From: a virus
Strand: one strand, 5' to 3'
DNA length: 64,000 bases
Virus record (IMG/VR): IMGVR_UViG_3300044769_000253
Location: 15,549-79,548 of that record
Made by a program: the position numbers and the translations under genes. Positions 46,793 through 56,755 of the stretch are shown here, piece by piece. The notes beneath the pieces are model-generated. The model did not search any database and was not told the DNA's origin. It saw nothing but the letters and a program-made list of their open reading frames with translations. Within the stretch, counting starts at the first letter, position 1; each line of letters begins with the position of its first letter.

Positions 46793-47144
46793 CGAGGCCA
46801 TGCTCATGTAGAGAGATCAGGGTGGCCTTGCGCACCTTCAGGTGGAAGTTCCAGCCATCATGTTTCCCTGCGACGATCATGCGCATCGCGGAGAGCTGGG
46901 CCAGGCTCGGGCGATGCTGAAGATCCGGCACTGGCTCCTTGTCCGGATCGAATGGAATCACGGTGTACCACGACGGATCGTTGCCCTCGGCGATGAACTG
47001 AGCACGGCCGCTCTCGGCCTCCTCGCGAGTGCCCAGGTAACCCCAGCCAGCTGCTTCACGCGGCGAAGTCGATCCAGCGGTCGTCTTGAAGGAGCACCAG
47101 CCGCCAGGACCACGTCCGCCCCAGAGACCGAAGAGCTCAACCAT
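46728..47144 (-). CDS. hypothetical protein with C-terminal winged-helix-like segment
   Basis: ATG 47144; ATL.SL..HGLV....LTRFG. Confidence 0.45.
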   Translation of the reverse strand: MVELFGLWGGRGPGGWCSFKTTAGSTSPREAAGWGYLGTREEAESGRAQFIAEGNDPSWYTVIPFDPDKEPVPDLQHRPSLAQLSAMRMIVAGKHDGWNFHLKVRKATLISLHEHGLVMHDVQSGDLKLTRFGKERLK

Positions 47145-47382
47145 GGCTCTCCCGCTCACAGCGCCCCAACGCCACCAGTAGCGCACCGCCGAGCATTCCC
47201 GGGTTCGCTCTTGAGCACCGGACCACTTGCACCCCACCACTGGTGGTCGTGGTGCAACCGCGATCGTCGGTGGTGTCCACCACCACGCGGCGGCGGTTGC
47301 GTTCCAGGGGAGCGTCCGGTTCGTCGAATGCCTGGGCATCGAGCACGGGCACCGTGCCGTGCTTGGCAAAGGGACTGATCAT
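47137..47382 (-). CDS. small hypothetical protein
   Basis: Coupled to neighbours on the minus strand. Confidence 0.35.
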   Translation of the reverse strand: MISPFAKHGTVPVLDAQAFDEPDAPLERNRRRVVVDTTDDRGCTTTTSGGVQVVRCSRANPGMLGGALLVALGRCERESHG

Positions 47383-47837
47383 GGGTTGGCCTCAAAGAAC
47401 GCGCGCGCGAATCCCGCCGGGGTGATCGCCCGGTGGTCCGCGTTGTTGCACCAGTAGCATCCGCCGCTCGCGCCGAACAGTTCCCACGTGCGCACGTCGC
47501 ATTCAGGCAGCGTCACCCGGAGCACACGGTAGCCGGCGCGTGCGTAGGGTTCTGACCAAGCCCCCGAGCCGGCGCACAGATCGACGATCATCCGACCCGG
47601 TCCGGCCGGTTCGACCGCGTCGCGCGCGGTTCGGCGCGCGACGCGCGGGGGCGCTCTCCCCGCTCGAGCAGGTAATACCCGACGCACGGACGCGGCACGC
47701 GCTGCCCAGAGCAACCACGGTCCCAGTGCGCGCGGTCCGGCCGTCGCGCGCTGGTACGCCTCGAACTCGTCGCGCTCGTCGGGCGTCATCCTGAGTGGAA
47801 ACACGTCGCCGCGATCAGCGGGCGGGGTTTTACCCAT
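47379..47837 (-). pseudogene. RHH-like N-terminus fused to an internally deleted methyltransferase-like remnant
   Basis: FPLRMTPDER...; IVDLCAGSGAWS (SAM motif) followed almost at once by the C-terminal RAITP.GFARAFFEANP. Confidence 0.5.
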
Positions 47838-48048
47838 CGGTCACCGTCCAGATCCAGCGCCGGCCGAAGTTCACGGCGGAGGCCTCGGCCCTTGCGGTCT
47901 TGATCGCACACCAGCGCTTGCCCCCGAGCAGCACCACCGGCGCGCGCTGGGCCCGGCGACGGAGCGCGTGCGGGCTGATTCCGAGCGCCCGAGCGGCCTC
48001 ATCGGTCGTGAGAGGCGTTGCCGGAGCCCTGCTAGGTCCGCGTTGCAT
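47830..48048 (-). CDS. excisionase-like HTH DNA-binding protein
   Basis: LTTDEAARALGIS..ALRRR, FGRRW. Confidence 0.55.
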   Translation of the reverse strand: MQRGPSRAPATPLTTDEAARALGISPHALRRRAQRAPVVLLGGKRWCAIKTARAEASAVNFGRRWIWTVTDG

Positions 48049-48207
48049 CGGCGCGACACTGCCGAAGCGCGCGCGAGCTGTCAAGCGTCCAGTGTGCGAA
48101 CGATCAGGCCGCGGCCCGCTGGAGCAGTGAACAGCAGGGGCCGACCAGGCCGCGAGGGTCGATCGCGAGGCGCGGGAGCTCGGCGCCGCAGACGTGGCAG
48201 CGGGGCA

Positions 48208-48331
48208 CTGAACAGGCGTACGCTGAAACGATGCGCAGTGACGGGCGTTCAGCTGAACGGGCGTCACGGAGCAGCACGGTTTTGCACACCTGCAACTGGG
48301 GCACGGCGGTACAACGATAGCTGAACGGGCG
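48208..48331. promoter_or_regulatory. operator-like repeats
   Basis: 14-bp palindrome CGTTCAGCTGAACG (48246-48259); AGCTGAACGGGCG at 48251 and 48319; CTGAACAGGCG at 48208. Confidence 0.45.
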
Positions 48332-48351
48332 AGCAGGGGCAAGGGGCCCCC

Positions 48352-48927
48352 TCAGGGGCAGCCGGCCGGGCGTTCACAGATTCCCGCCGGGCACTGCAAG
48401 CCGGGCGCGCAGTGGTCGGTGGGTGCGCCGTAAAAAAACGAGCTTTGGCACGGTGCGCCCACGGTCGCCGAGTAGCCCGCCGGCCAACACTGGTTGACGT
48501 TTCGACAGTGCATGCCTTCCGGGCAGGCCACGAAACCAGCATCGGCGCGCGCTGGGTTGCATGGATCACAGGGCGGCGCTGCGTCCGGTTCGTTCGAAAG
48601 CGCGCCACAGGTACACCAGCCCGTGTTCATGCAGCTCCCCGCGCGTGGAGCACACAGCGCGTCGCACTCGGCAGCCGGTGTCGACGATGAGACGTAGGCG
48701 CAGTGCACCCAGACCGATTGCCAATCAAACGGAGCTCCGCCCGCGCCTGCCGCGCCCGTCGCTCCACCCGCGACGCCGCCGCCGGCGCCGGTAATACCCG
48801 CTGCGCCGCCGCCCGCCGCGCTCACCGCGCCGCCGTCGCTCGAGTCGCCCGCGTGCGACGAGAACCCGCCACTGCAACCCAGCACCCACAACCCCAGCAC
48901 CACAAGAAAGATTGATCGCATGAGCAT
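48352..48927 (-). CDS. Cys-rich lipoprotein with Gly/Ala linker
   Basis: Lipobox WVLGC; AGGG linker; multiple Cys. Confidence 0.7.
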   Translation of the reverse strand: MLMRSIFLVVLGLWVLGCSGGFSSHAGDSSDGGAVSAAGGGAAGITGAGGGVAGGATGAAGAGGAPFDWQSVWVHCAYVSSSTPAAECDALCAPRAGSCMNTGWCTCGALSNEPDAAPPCDPCNPARADAGFVACPEGMHCRNVNQCWPAGYSATVGAPCQSSFFYGAPTDHCAPGLQCPAGICERPAGCP

Positions 48928-49019
48928 GGTACGCCGCTCCAGGTCGGAGCATTCCGCGCCTCGCGGCGATTTTCCGCAATGGAGCACAGACGTTCAGTTA
49001 GTTGGAAGGCCCGGCGGCG

Positions 49020-49430
49020 TCAGCGCGAGCGCATGAGACTCCGCGCCGCACCCGGCAACCGGCCCGGGTCGAAACCCCAGCTCACGAGCCGCGCATTAAA
49101 GATCGCGCGGTTCGTATCGTGCGCGTGCTTGAGGCTCGACTGCTGGTGCGCCGTGCGGAGCTCATAGCTGTGCGCGATTGGGCGCGCACAATCGTCCGGC
49201 AGGCGGCCGGGCTTGGCTTTGCAGCGCAGCAACAGCCGGAGACGGAGCTCCAAGTCCTCGTAGCCCCAGCCCCGGAACATTTCGTCGAAGCCGCCCGCCT
49301 GCTTCAGGAGCGACGCCCGCAGGGCGAGCAGTCCGAACAGGTCGCGATGTGACGCGGCCACGTGCATGATCGCGAACCCGTAGGTGTCGCCCGGGCGCTC
49401 TGCGGGCTCAACGACGTGGTCAGACCGTTC
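49020..49430 (-). pseudogene. glycosyltransferase (GT2/GT7 C-terminal) fragment
   Basis: AGGFDE.FRGWGYEDLELRLRL; N-terminal domain missing. Confidence 0.65.
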
Positions 49431-49501
49431 CTCGCCGGTGCCCAGCGGGCTGGTGACGAGGCGGTCGGGGCCGCACAACAGAACGGCGCGCTGAGGCGCT
49501 G

Positions 49502-49830
49502 ATGGGCCTATTCGGCCCGCATCGCCGGTTCGGGTGGCTGCCAGACCCGGACGACCCGCGCGACGCGCCGGCCTCGCGTCTGCTCGGGGCACCTCGGATC
49601 GGCGAAACACCGCCGCAGTCCGCGACGCTGCGCCACCCGGCCGTCACAGTGCGGGACCAGGGGCCGACGTCGAGCTGCGTGGGGTTCGCATGGGCCCAGG
49701 CGCTCGAGCTAGCCTACGCGCACCGGGGCGTTCTCACCGGCGACCTGTCGCCGCTCTTTCTCTATTTCCTCGCGCGCGCGTCCCATGGCGGGGCTGGCAT
49801 CGACGCCGGAACGTACCTCAGAGCCGCCCG
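49502..49830 (+). pseudogene. papain-like C1A cysteine protease, N-terminal fragment
   Basis: GWLPD..D.RD, DQG..SSCVGFA, LSPLFLY..AR; catalytic His/Asn half absent. Confidence 0.7.
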
Positions 49831-50064
49831 CAGGATGCCCGGCTGCGCCCGATCTACCTCTACGCTGACGACATCGAGCTGCTCGACCGGATGGTCGACG
49901 AGATGCAGGCGACCGGCGTCGATGGCGCTCGGCATGCGACTGTGGTGCGCGCGCTGCTGCGGCGCCTGCGCGTGGTGGGCGAGCCGTGATCCGCCGCGCA
50001 GCGACAGAACCACCGCAGTGGCGACCGTGTAGAGCACGACCGCCCCGACTGCTCGATCTAGCCA

Positions 50065-50502
50065 GTGAGTGGCGCCGATCTCGGCGGAGGACTGGTCTGC
50101 AGAACAGCGCAGCTTGAGTGCTCCATGACCGAAGCAGCTCTCCGATACAACGGTGGTTCGAAGGACTGGTCGCAGTCCGGCTCGCCAGCCGTGATCGACA
50201 CGATCCACTGGGTGGATCAGGGCATGGCGCTGAGCGTGCTCGTGCCGCAGGGATCGATTCAGTCGAGCCCGTCGTCGGGCAGCACGTTGCACGAAATCCA
50301 CTACCTCGGCACGCCGAACCTGAAGGCCGAAGTTCAAGCTCGGATCGAGCAATCGAATCCGGCAGCTCGATTCATCGCCGCGGGCCAAGCTCGGATCGAG
50401 CGCATCGACGTCGAGACGCAGTCGGGCAAGCTGGCCGTGGCGGTCTACTACCAGAATCTGGTCACGAAGCAGCGTGACAGGGTGAACTTCAGTGGCACTT
50501 GA
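50065..50502 (+). CDS. baseplate wedge subunit (Mu gp46/gp25-like)
   Basis: Synteny before baseplate J; C-terminal strand pattern. Confidence 0.55.
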   Translation: MSGADLGGGLVCRTAQLECSMTEAALRYNGGSKDWSQSGSPAVIDTIHWVDQGMALSVLVPQGSIQSSPSSGSTLHEIHYLGTPNLKAEVQARIEQSNPAARFIAAGQARIERIDVETQSGKLAVAVYYQNLVTKQRDRVNFSGT

Positions 50503-52036
50503 TGTTCTGAGCGGCGAGATCGCAACGCTCACGCGCGATCAGTGGCGCGAACGCTACTTGCGTTCGTATCGCGTTCGCAATCCAGACGCGGACACGGCAC
50601 CCGACTCGATGCCGTGGATCGATGCCTCGTGCATCGCCGACCAGCTGGTCATCCTGAGCGAAGACGCGCGGCGAGTCGGCCAGCAAATTCCACTGAGCGG
50701 CAAAACCGGCGAAGCGCTCGACGAAGCTGGTGGCGAAGTTGGACTGCCGCGCGCGCCAGCCGCCGGCGGCGCAGGCTACGTCTCGATTCGAACGAGCACC
50801 GGTGGGGCGACCGTCACCATCGGCGACACACTGACTGACTTGTCCTCGAGTCTGCAGTTCCGTTTCACTGGAGCAACAACAACCTATTTCACCGGCGACG
50901 AGTTGTCGATCACGGCGGTCGACGGCAGCACCGGACCTGGCACCAACCTGGCGGGCGGGACGGTGCTCGTGTGGGACGCGCCCGCAGGCGGACTCTTCCC
51001 CAACGCCACGATCGTCACGCAGCCGGATGGCTCAGGATTCAGCGGCGGCGCCAACGTCGAGGGCGACGACGACTACCGCGAGCGAATTCGTGAACGTTTG
51101 GCCAATGGCGCGGCGAGCGGCAACGATGCGGCCTACCAACAGCTCGTCGAGAACACCGTTGAACATGGTGTGGCGGTGCAGAAGGCGTTCACCTATCCAG
51201 CGATCGTTGGGCCAGGCTCGATCGGCATTGCGTTCGTGCTCGTGCAAACGGGAGCGAATGCGACCCGCATTCCGAACGGTTCGCAGATCAGTACGGTGCA
51301 GGCTTACGTCACCGCGCAAGCGGAAGACGCGCTGCCGGCAGACGATTCCACGCTCTGGCCAGTCGTGACAGCACAGGACGTCTCCGTCGTGCTCGAGGTC
51401 GAGTGGTCGACTGGCTCTCCAGGATGGGCCGACCAGACTCCGTGGCCGCCCTACTACTCGACGAATCACGCAGCGGGAGCCCCCGGCGGCATCATCGTCG
51501 ATGCGACGGGGACCAATACCGCAACCAGCTTCAAGCTCAAGGCCGACAACGCGGATTACACCGGTGTGATCCAGCCTGCCGTGGGCCAGACGATCGCGTT
51601 CTACAAGACGTCGACGGGCGAGTTTTTCAAGAAGCGAATCCTGAGCTTCACCGGTGCCGGTCCATGGGTCGTTACCGTGGATACGAGCAACGCGGCGAGC
51701 GACACGAGCTACGCGCCTGTGGCCGGTCAACGTGCGATGCCGTGGTCTGAATCGCTCGCGAATCTCTCCACTCCAATCATCGATCATTTCGCAACGCTCG
51801 GTCCCGGCGAGATGATTGCGACGTTCGCAGATCCTGGCTTGCGCCAGCGCCGTAGTCCAGCAAGCCCCAAGGATTGGCCGAGCGTAATCACGAACCACCT
51901 GGTGGTAGCTGTGCTTGATGTGCCCGACGTGAACGACGCGGTCGTGACGGAGGGGCTCGGCACGACAGCCACCGTCGGCAGCGTTGCCGAGGTGCACCTG
52001 ATGGCACTGGACGACCTTTCCGCATTCGAGAAGTGA
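50492..52036 (+). CDS. baseplate J-like protein (Mu gp47)
   Basis: GEALD..G...L.R..A, GGA..E.DDDYRERI, ASGN...Y, GPGS. Confidence 0.85.
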   Translation: MALDVLSGEIATLTRDQWRERYLRSYRVRNPDADTAPDSMPWIDASCIADQLVILSEDARRVGQQIPLSGKTGEALDEAGGEVGLPRAPAAGGAGYVSIRTSTGGATVTIGDTLTDLSSSLQFRFTGATTTYFTGDELSITAVDGSTGPGTNLAGGTVLVWDAPAGGLFPNATIVTQPDGSGFSGGANVEGDDDYRERIRERLANGAASGNDAAYQQLVENTVEHGVAVQKAFTYPAIVGPGSIGIAFVLVQTGANATRIPNGSQISTVQAYVTAQAEDALPADDSTLWPVVTAQDVSVVLEVEWSTGSPGWADQTPWPPYYSTNHAAGAPGGIIVDATGTNTATSFKLKADNADYTGVIQPAVGQTIAFYKTSTGEFFKKRILSFTGAGPWVVTVDTSNAASDTSYAPVAGQRAMPWSESLANLSTPIIDHFATLGPGEMIATFADPGLRQRRSPASPKDWPSVITNHLVVAVLDVPDVNDAVVTEGLGTTATVGSVAEVHLMALDDLSAFEK

Positions 52037-52037
52037 C

Positions 52038-52517
52038 ATGGCAATCCCGACCGAAAGCGTCTTCGACCTTGCAACGCCGCGACGGCCAACGCTCGCCGAC
52101 CTAGGCGGCGCTGCATTCGAAAACTACGTCCCGCCACCGGATGAGACGACGATGCCGTCCGCGCAAATGGAGAACCAGAATGAGATGGTCCTTCAGAGCG
52201 TCGCTCGAATGATGCCAGTGGCCGCGGTGTACGTCACGTTCCCTGCGGGCGCGCGAACCGTCACCACTGTGGTTGCACCAGGCAGCAACGTAGCGGCGGT
52301 AGACTTCACGCTGACGGACGAGGGAACCGGCGCCACCAAGATCGCGGTTGCTGCGAACACGCTACCTGCAGAGACCCTACCGCCAAATGTGAGACTCTAC
52401 CCGCCGACTGTCGATGTTTGGACGCACGCCATCTACCAGTCGGGAGGCAGCTGGGCGGTGCAGACGTTCAAGGCAGGCGTGGTCTTCGATTGCCCGTTCG
52501 TGATCGAGTTCTTCTGA
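52038..52517 (+). CDS. hypothetical baseplate/tail protein
   Basis: Coupled within baseplate operon. Confidence 0.5.
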   Translation: MAIPTESVFDLATPRRPTLADLGGAAFENYVPPPDETTMPSAQMENQNEMVLQSVARMMPVAAVYVTFPAGARTVTTVVAPGSNVAAVDFTLTDEGTGATKIAVAANTLPAETLPPNVRLYPPTVDVWTHAIYQSGGSWAVQTFKAGVVFDCPFVIEFF

Positions 52518-53440
52518 TGCCCCAGTTTTCGATCTGGGCTCCGTTCGGTCTGCTGCAGTACACGAGTGGACCGCCAACCGCAGAAACCGTGTACGACGCG
52601 ATGCTCGCATCCGAGGGCGCTGGTGCCGCATTTGCGAACGATTGGGACTCGATCCAACAGATGCGCAACTACGCGCGCGCGATGGTCTTCGCTGGAGCGA
52701 AGTCGCAGACCGACCGCGCAAAGAACAATCAGCACCCGAACACGGCGACCGAGCTACTTGCAGAACTGGAACGCGACTACGGCGTGGTGCCGCTGGATGG
52801 GCAATCGTTGGACGAGCGCCGCGCTGCGGTAACCGCACGGAAGCGAGTCGTCGAAGGGGCTGCCGAGAACGTCATCGAGGCGCAGCTAACGGCATTGTTG
52901 GGAGGCGACTTCGTCAGCTACGCAATTGTCGCGAGCCCTGAGATTTGGCCGGAGGTTGCAGACCTGGCCACGATCGCAGCGTTCGGGCGTGTGCGTTCTC
53001 AGGTCAAGGTACTGCGGCTCGATGCATCGGTGCCGATTACGGGCTCACCAATCACGGTGCCCTACACGTCGCTAGGCGGCACCGAAGCGCCCCAAGCGGG
53101 AGACGTGCTCACCTTCGATCCAGATCCGAAGAAGCATGCTGAGGCGGTGACGATTACATCGGCGAACAGTACAACGCTCACCGCGTCGTTTGCGAAGAGT
53201 CACGATCCTGGAGCCTACGGAATGTTCCCGTGTCCGTTGTGGCTCTCCCATCAGCGCACAGCAATCATCACCTTGACGCTCTCTGCATCACAAGACGCAG
53301 TGACGCGCCAGCGAGTCCACGATCTGATGCACCGCTACGCCAGGGGCGTTTCGACCTGGTACATCCTCGGGGTCAGCGGCGACGTGTTCACGCCGGACAC
53401 GGCGCCGCTTTCTCTCCCTGACATCGTTCCACTCGGCTGA
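52517..53440 (+). CDS. baseplate wedge/tail protein (Mu gp48/YmfQ-like)
   Basis: ATELL.ELE.DYG......LDERRAAV. Confidence 0.7.
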   Translation: MPQFSIWAPFGLLQYTSGPPTAETVYDAMLASEGAGAAFANDWDSIQQMRNYARAMVFAGAKSQTDRAKNNQHPNTATELLAELERDYGVVPLDGQSLDERRAAVTARKRVVEGAAENVIEAQLTALLGGDFVSYAIVASPEIWPEVADLATIAAFGRVRSQVKVLRLDASVPITGSPITVPYTSLGGTEAPQAGDVLTFDPDPKKHAEAVTITSANSTTLTASFAKSHDPGAYGMFPCPLWLSHQRTAIITLTLSASQDAVTRQRVHDLMHRYARGVSTWYILGVSGDVFTPDTAPLSLPDIVPLG

Positions 53441-53446
53441 GTTTCC

Positions 53447-54379
53447 ATGGCCCATTTCACATTCACTCGAGGCGGAGGCGTCTGGAACCCAGGTACACCG
53501 GTACTGGCTTCCGAGCTCGCCGACATCGACTCGAAAACCGAGCGCGCCGTAAACGGCGACGGCGGCGGAGTCTGGGCGCCAGCATCTCAGATCGAGATCG
53601 GAGGCGCCGGTCTGAAAGTTTCGGGCACGGAGCTCTACGTCACGTCGCCGGCCACGTTCACTGGTCTTGTCACGATGACCGACGAGCTCCAGTGCGACGG
53701 AGACGTGACTCTCGGCAATACGGGTGGCGATCAAGTTGCGTGCAACGCCGAATTCGACTGCATTGGTCCGGCGTTGTTCTTCAGCAACGTGACGGTTGGT
53801 GAGGATGACACCGACACACTGACGGTCAACGCGACGGCCAGCTTCAACGAGGGCGTGACGTTGGGCAGCACTGCGGTCGACACGCTGACAGTCAACGCGA
53901 CAGCGACGTTCAACAACGGCGTGACGTTGGGTAGCAGCTCCGCCGACGCGATTTCAGTTCCTGGTACGCTCGGCGTTGCCGACGTGAACTTCGCCAGTGG
54001 CACCGTGGACTTCGCGGCATCGATGGCGTACCTGCTGAAATGCCGCATCGCGCCGAGCGGTGCTGGACGACTCGCGTTGCGCACGTTCGCGATGACCGAC
54101 GCGAACTCAACCACACGCGGCTCTGCTGACGACGATCTCGTCTACGTGCCGGCTGGTGTGCTCAGTGCTGATCGCACGTATCAAATCGACGACACGGGCG
54201 CTGCCAACGGCGACGCGATGGAATTCTCTAACTTGCTCGACGCAGCCAACAACCTAGTTGTCAAGGACCCGAGCGGCACCATCCTGGTCACACTCAACGG
54301 TACAGCTGGACAGAATCAGTGGGCGCGCGCGGCGCGCTTGGGTGGTTTCTGGCGCGTTCTAGGAGTGGCCTCGATATGA
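53447..54379 (+). CDS. tail fibre-like protein with about four 22-aa repeats
   Basis: VTLG...DTLTVNATA.FN repeats. Confidence 0.6.
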   Translation: MAHFTFTRGGGVWNPGTPVLASELADIDSKTERAVNGDGGGVWAPASQIEIGGAGLKVSGTELYVTSPATFTGLVTMTDELQCDGDVTLGNTGGDQVACNAEFDCIGPALFFSNVTVGEDDTDTLTVNATASFNEGVTLGSTAVDTLTVNATATFNNGVTLGSSSADAISVPGTLGVADVNFASGTVDFAASMAYLLKCRIAPSGAGRLALRTFAMTDANSTTRGSADDDLVYVPAGVLSADRTYQIDDTGAANGDAMEFSNLLDAANNLVVKDPSGTILVTLNGTAGQNQWARAARLGGFWRVLGVASI

Positions 54380-54756
54380 AGGCAACTCACATTCCACCAC
54401 CGGTGGCGTTCATCGACATTGAAACCGGCCGTTCGTTGGTGATCCAAGGCAACGACCAAGCGTCGTTCGCTGACTTCGTACGCGGCCGGTTGAGCGATGT
54501 GGTGTTCGCGCGCGACATGGCTGCGGTTGAGAGCGCCGTGCGCATCCGCGACGCATTGGAATCTCTCGATGTAGAGGCTACCGAGCTGTCGTTGGTCGAC
54601 GAGGACCACGCGCGGCTGGTTGCTGCGACCCGCAAGCCAGCGCGTGGATATCCGCCGAACATCGCCCACTGTGCGCTGCCCTTCATGCGGGCAATTATTG
54701 CGGCGGAAGACTTCAGAATCGGCGTTCAGCCTGATGTGCCATCGGTTGGGCACTGA
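54376..54756 (+). CDS. hypothetical protein, possible fibre chaperone
   Basis: ATGA-coupled after fibre-like gene. Confidence 0.45.
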   Translation: MKATHIPPPVAFIDIETGRSLVIQGNDQASFADFVRGRLSDVVFARDMAAVESAVRIRDALESLDVEATELSLVDEDHARLVAATRKPARGYPPNIAHCALPFMRAIIAAEDFRIGVQPDVPSVGH

Positions 54757-54989
54757 GCGTTCAGGACACAAGCCGTCCACCGCCAGCCCGTCGGCCTTTG
54801 CGGCGGCGACAATCTCATCGTCCACACGCTGCCGGTCGAGACAGGCCATAGGATCCTTTGCCGCGCTCACGTAACCGGTCGGATCGATGTGCACAGAACA
54901 ACCTGCAACACGACACACGAGCGTTTCATGCGAACTAGTCTGTGGCGCCTCGTTGCACCGTGCAACATCCGCGAGAAAACCACGAGCAA

Positions 54990-56372
54990 ATGACCGACGG
55001 CATCCTAGCGAACAGCGCGCGCAAGACGATGACGGACGGTGCCATATCGGGCGCCGTAACGGGCTACCTGACGGCAGAACGCGTCACGCTCACACGCTTC
55101 CCGGTGGTCGGCGTGTACTCATGGTCGTTGGTGCCGCCAATCGGCTCGCGCGCGAGGATCAGCGTGGCAACGGCTGCGAGTCCCTGGTTTTTGCCAGACA
55201 TTGAAGGCACGTACACCATCACCGTAACCACGCCAGGACCAGTGGTTTACACATTGCAGGTTGGTGTCGCCGATGGGCGCGCTCTTGTGAAGACGACCGG
55301 CGTGGAGTTCATGCCGCGCGTGGTCGTCGACACGCCGGATGCGCAGAACGGTCACCGGAGTCTCGTGTTGGACGAGAACGACCTACGCCTGAAACTACTC
55401 GACGACGAGGGCAACGCCGAGGAGATCGCCACTCCAATCACCGCGCGGGACCGCGCCGACGTGCCGCTTCCGCAGGAATCGACCTACCAGTTCAAGGGCG
55501 TTGCGGTCAGCCATTCCACGGGCCGCAACGTCGTTGACGCTGGCCACGTCCTCGTCACCGAGTTCCCCGGCGTCGATCCGACCGGCGTGGCGGACAGCAC
55601 GACGGGTTTGCAAGCGGCATTCGATACGATTGGCGATGCCGGCGGTGGCACCTTGCGGGTGCCTCCGGGCGAATACGCGCACTCTGTGCCGCTGTTTGTG
55701 CCGAGCGGTTGCACGCTGGAGATGTCGCCGGGCGCGAGTTTTCGCAACACGTCGGCTGACGTCACGGCGAACGGCTCGTGCCTGAGCCTGATGCTTGGGA
55801 ATTACGAGTCATCGGACAACAATCCACAGTGGCTCACGGGTGTCGCGTACACGGCTGGCGATCGTGTCACGAACGACGGGCAGGACTACTCGTTCGTGCT
55901 CGGCGCGCAACTGATCGCTACAACTGCAAACACAACGCTGTGGTCGTGTGGGCATACTGCCGGCGTAACGTCGCTGCGTCCAGCGGCGCGAATGATCGTA
56001 AACGGGACTAACGGGATCCGCATTCGGAAGACCGACGATGCCAACGCGCAGGTAATAGCGGGCACCGCGGCAGCCGATACCAACGCTCATGCATTCTCGT
56101 TCGCCACTGCTGCAAATGGCATAACAGCGTCGAATTGGCTCGATGGAACCGTCCAAACGAACGGTGGTGCGTACGACGTTGGTGCTACGACGCTCGATCA
56201 GTTCGCACTCGGGTGTCTCTACACGCTGAGTACGGCATCACAGTGGTGCAACGCGTACGGATCCGCCGTGGCCTGTGGGGCACCGGATCGATCTCGTCGG
56301 CAGAGCGCATCATCTCGCAAGGCTGGTGTGTTCGCGGACCGACTCCACCTGCGACTGTCACGCCTGCGATGA
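54990..56372 (+). CDS. tail spike/fibre, chimeric (pectate-lyase-like N-terminal motif joined to a LamG-like segment)
   Basis: DPTGVADST..LQAAFD..GGGTL.VPPGEY; abrupt change after TNDGQD; likely frameshift near 56259. Confidence 0.6.
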   Translation: MTDGILANSARKTMTDGAISGAVTGYLTAERVTLTRFPVVGVYSWSLVPPIGSRARISVATAASPWFLPDIEGTYTITVTTPGPVVYTLQVGVADGRALVKTTGVEFMPRVVVDTPDAQNGHRSLVLDENDLRLKLLDDEGNAEEIATPITARDRADVPLPQESTYQFKGVAVSHSTGRNVVDAGHVLVTEFPGVDPTGVADSTTGLQAAFDTIGDAGGGTLRVPPGEYAHSVPLFVPSGCTLEMSPGASFRNTSADVTANGSCLSLMLGNYESSDNNPQWLTGVAYTAGDRVTNDGQDYSFVLGAQLIATTANTTLWSCGHTAGVTSLRPAARMIVNGTNGIRIRKTDDANAQVIAGTAAADTNAHAFSFATAANGITASNWLDGTVQTNGGAYDVGATTLDQFALGCLYTLSTASQWCNAYGSAVACGAPDRSRRQSASSRKAGVFADRLHLRLSRLR

Positions 56373-56755
56373 CACCGGTCACCGCACTAGCTGGCCGCAC
56401 GTTGCCGGACTACACGGGCCATACGCTGACGTTTGCGCTTTGCGCGGCGGCCACTCCGCCAAGCGTAGCGAACACGCGGCTCACTGACCTAACGCAAATC
56501 GCCTACACGAATCTATCGACGCGCGTCGTCACGCTCACATCTAGCACGCCGCAGCAGCTGACGATCGCCGACCTCACGCTGACAGCCAGTGCGGGAGATG
56601 TCGCGGCGTTCCAGTATCTCGTGCTCTACGACGACACCGACGCGAACGATGCTCTGGTAGGCATCATCGATCTCGGCGCAGATCGCGTGCTCTACAACGG
56701 CGACGCGCTTGCGCTGGACTTCGACGGCACTAACGGCATCCTGAAAGCAGCGTGA
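56261..56755 (+). pseudogene. out-of-frame continuation plus C-terminal part of a virion protein
   Basis: IRRGLWG... follows WCNAY in another frame; ends in ADL.LTAS...F.Y.VLY.D...LDFDGTNG. Confidence 0.5.

Noticed and set aside
56546-56580. Partial similarity to the reverse complement of spacer 2 (13-nt core CTGACGATCGCCG; 23/35 ungapped)
   Set aside because: Needs compensating 6-nt indels; plausible by chance in GC-rich coding DNA
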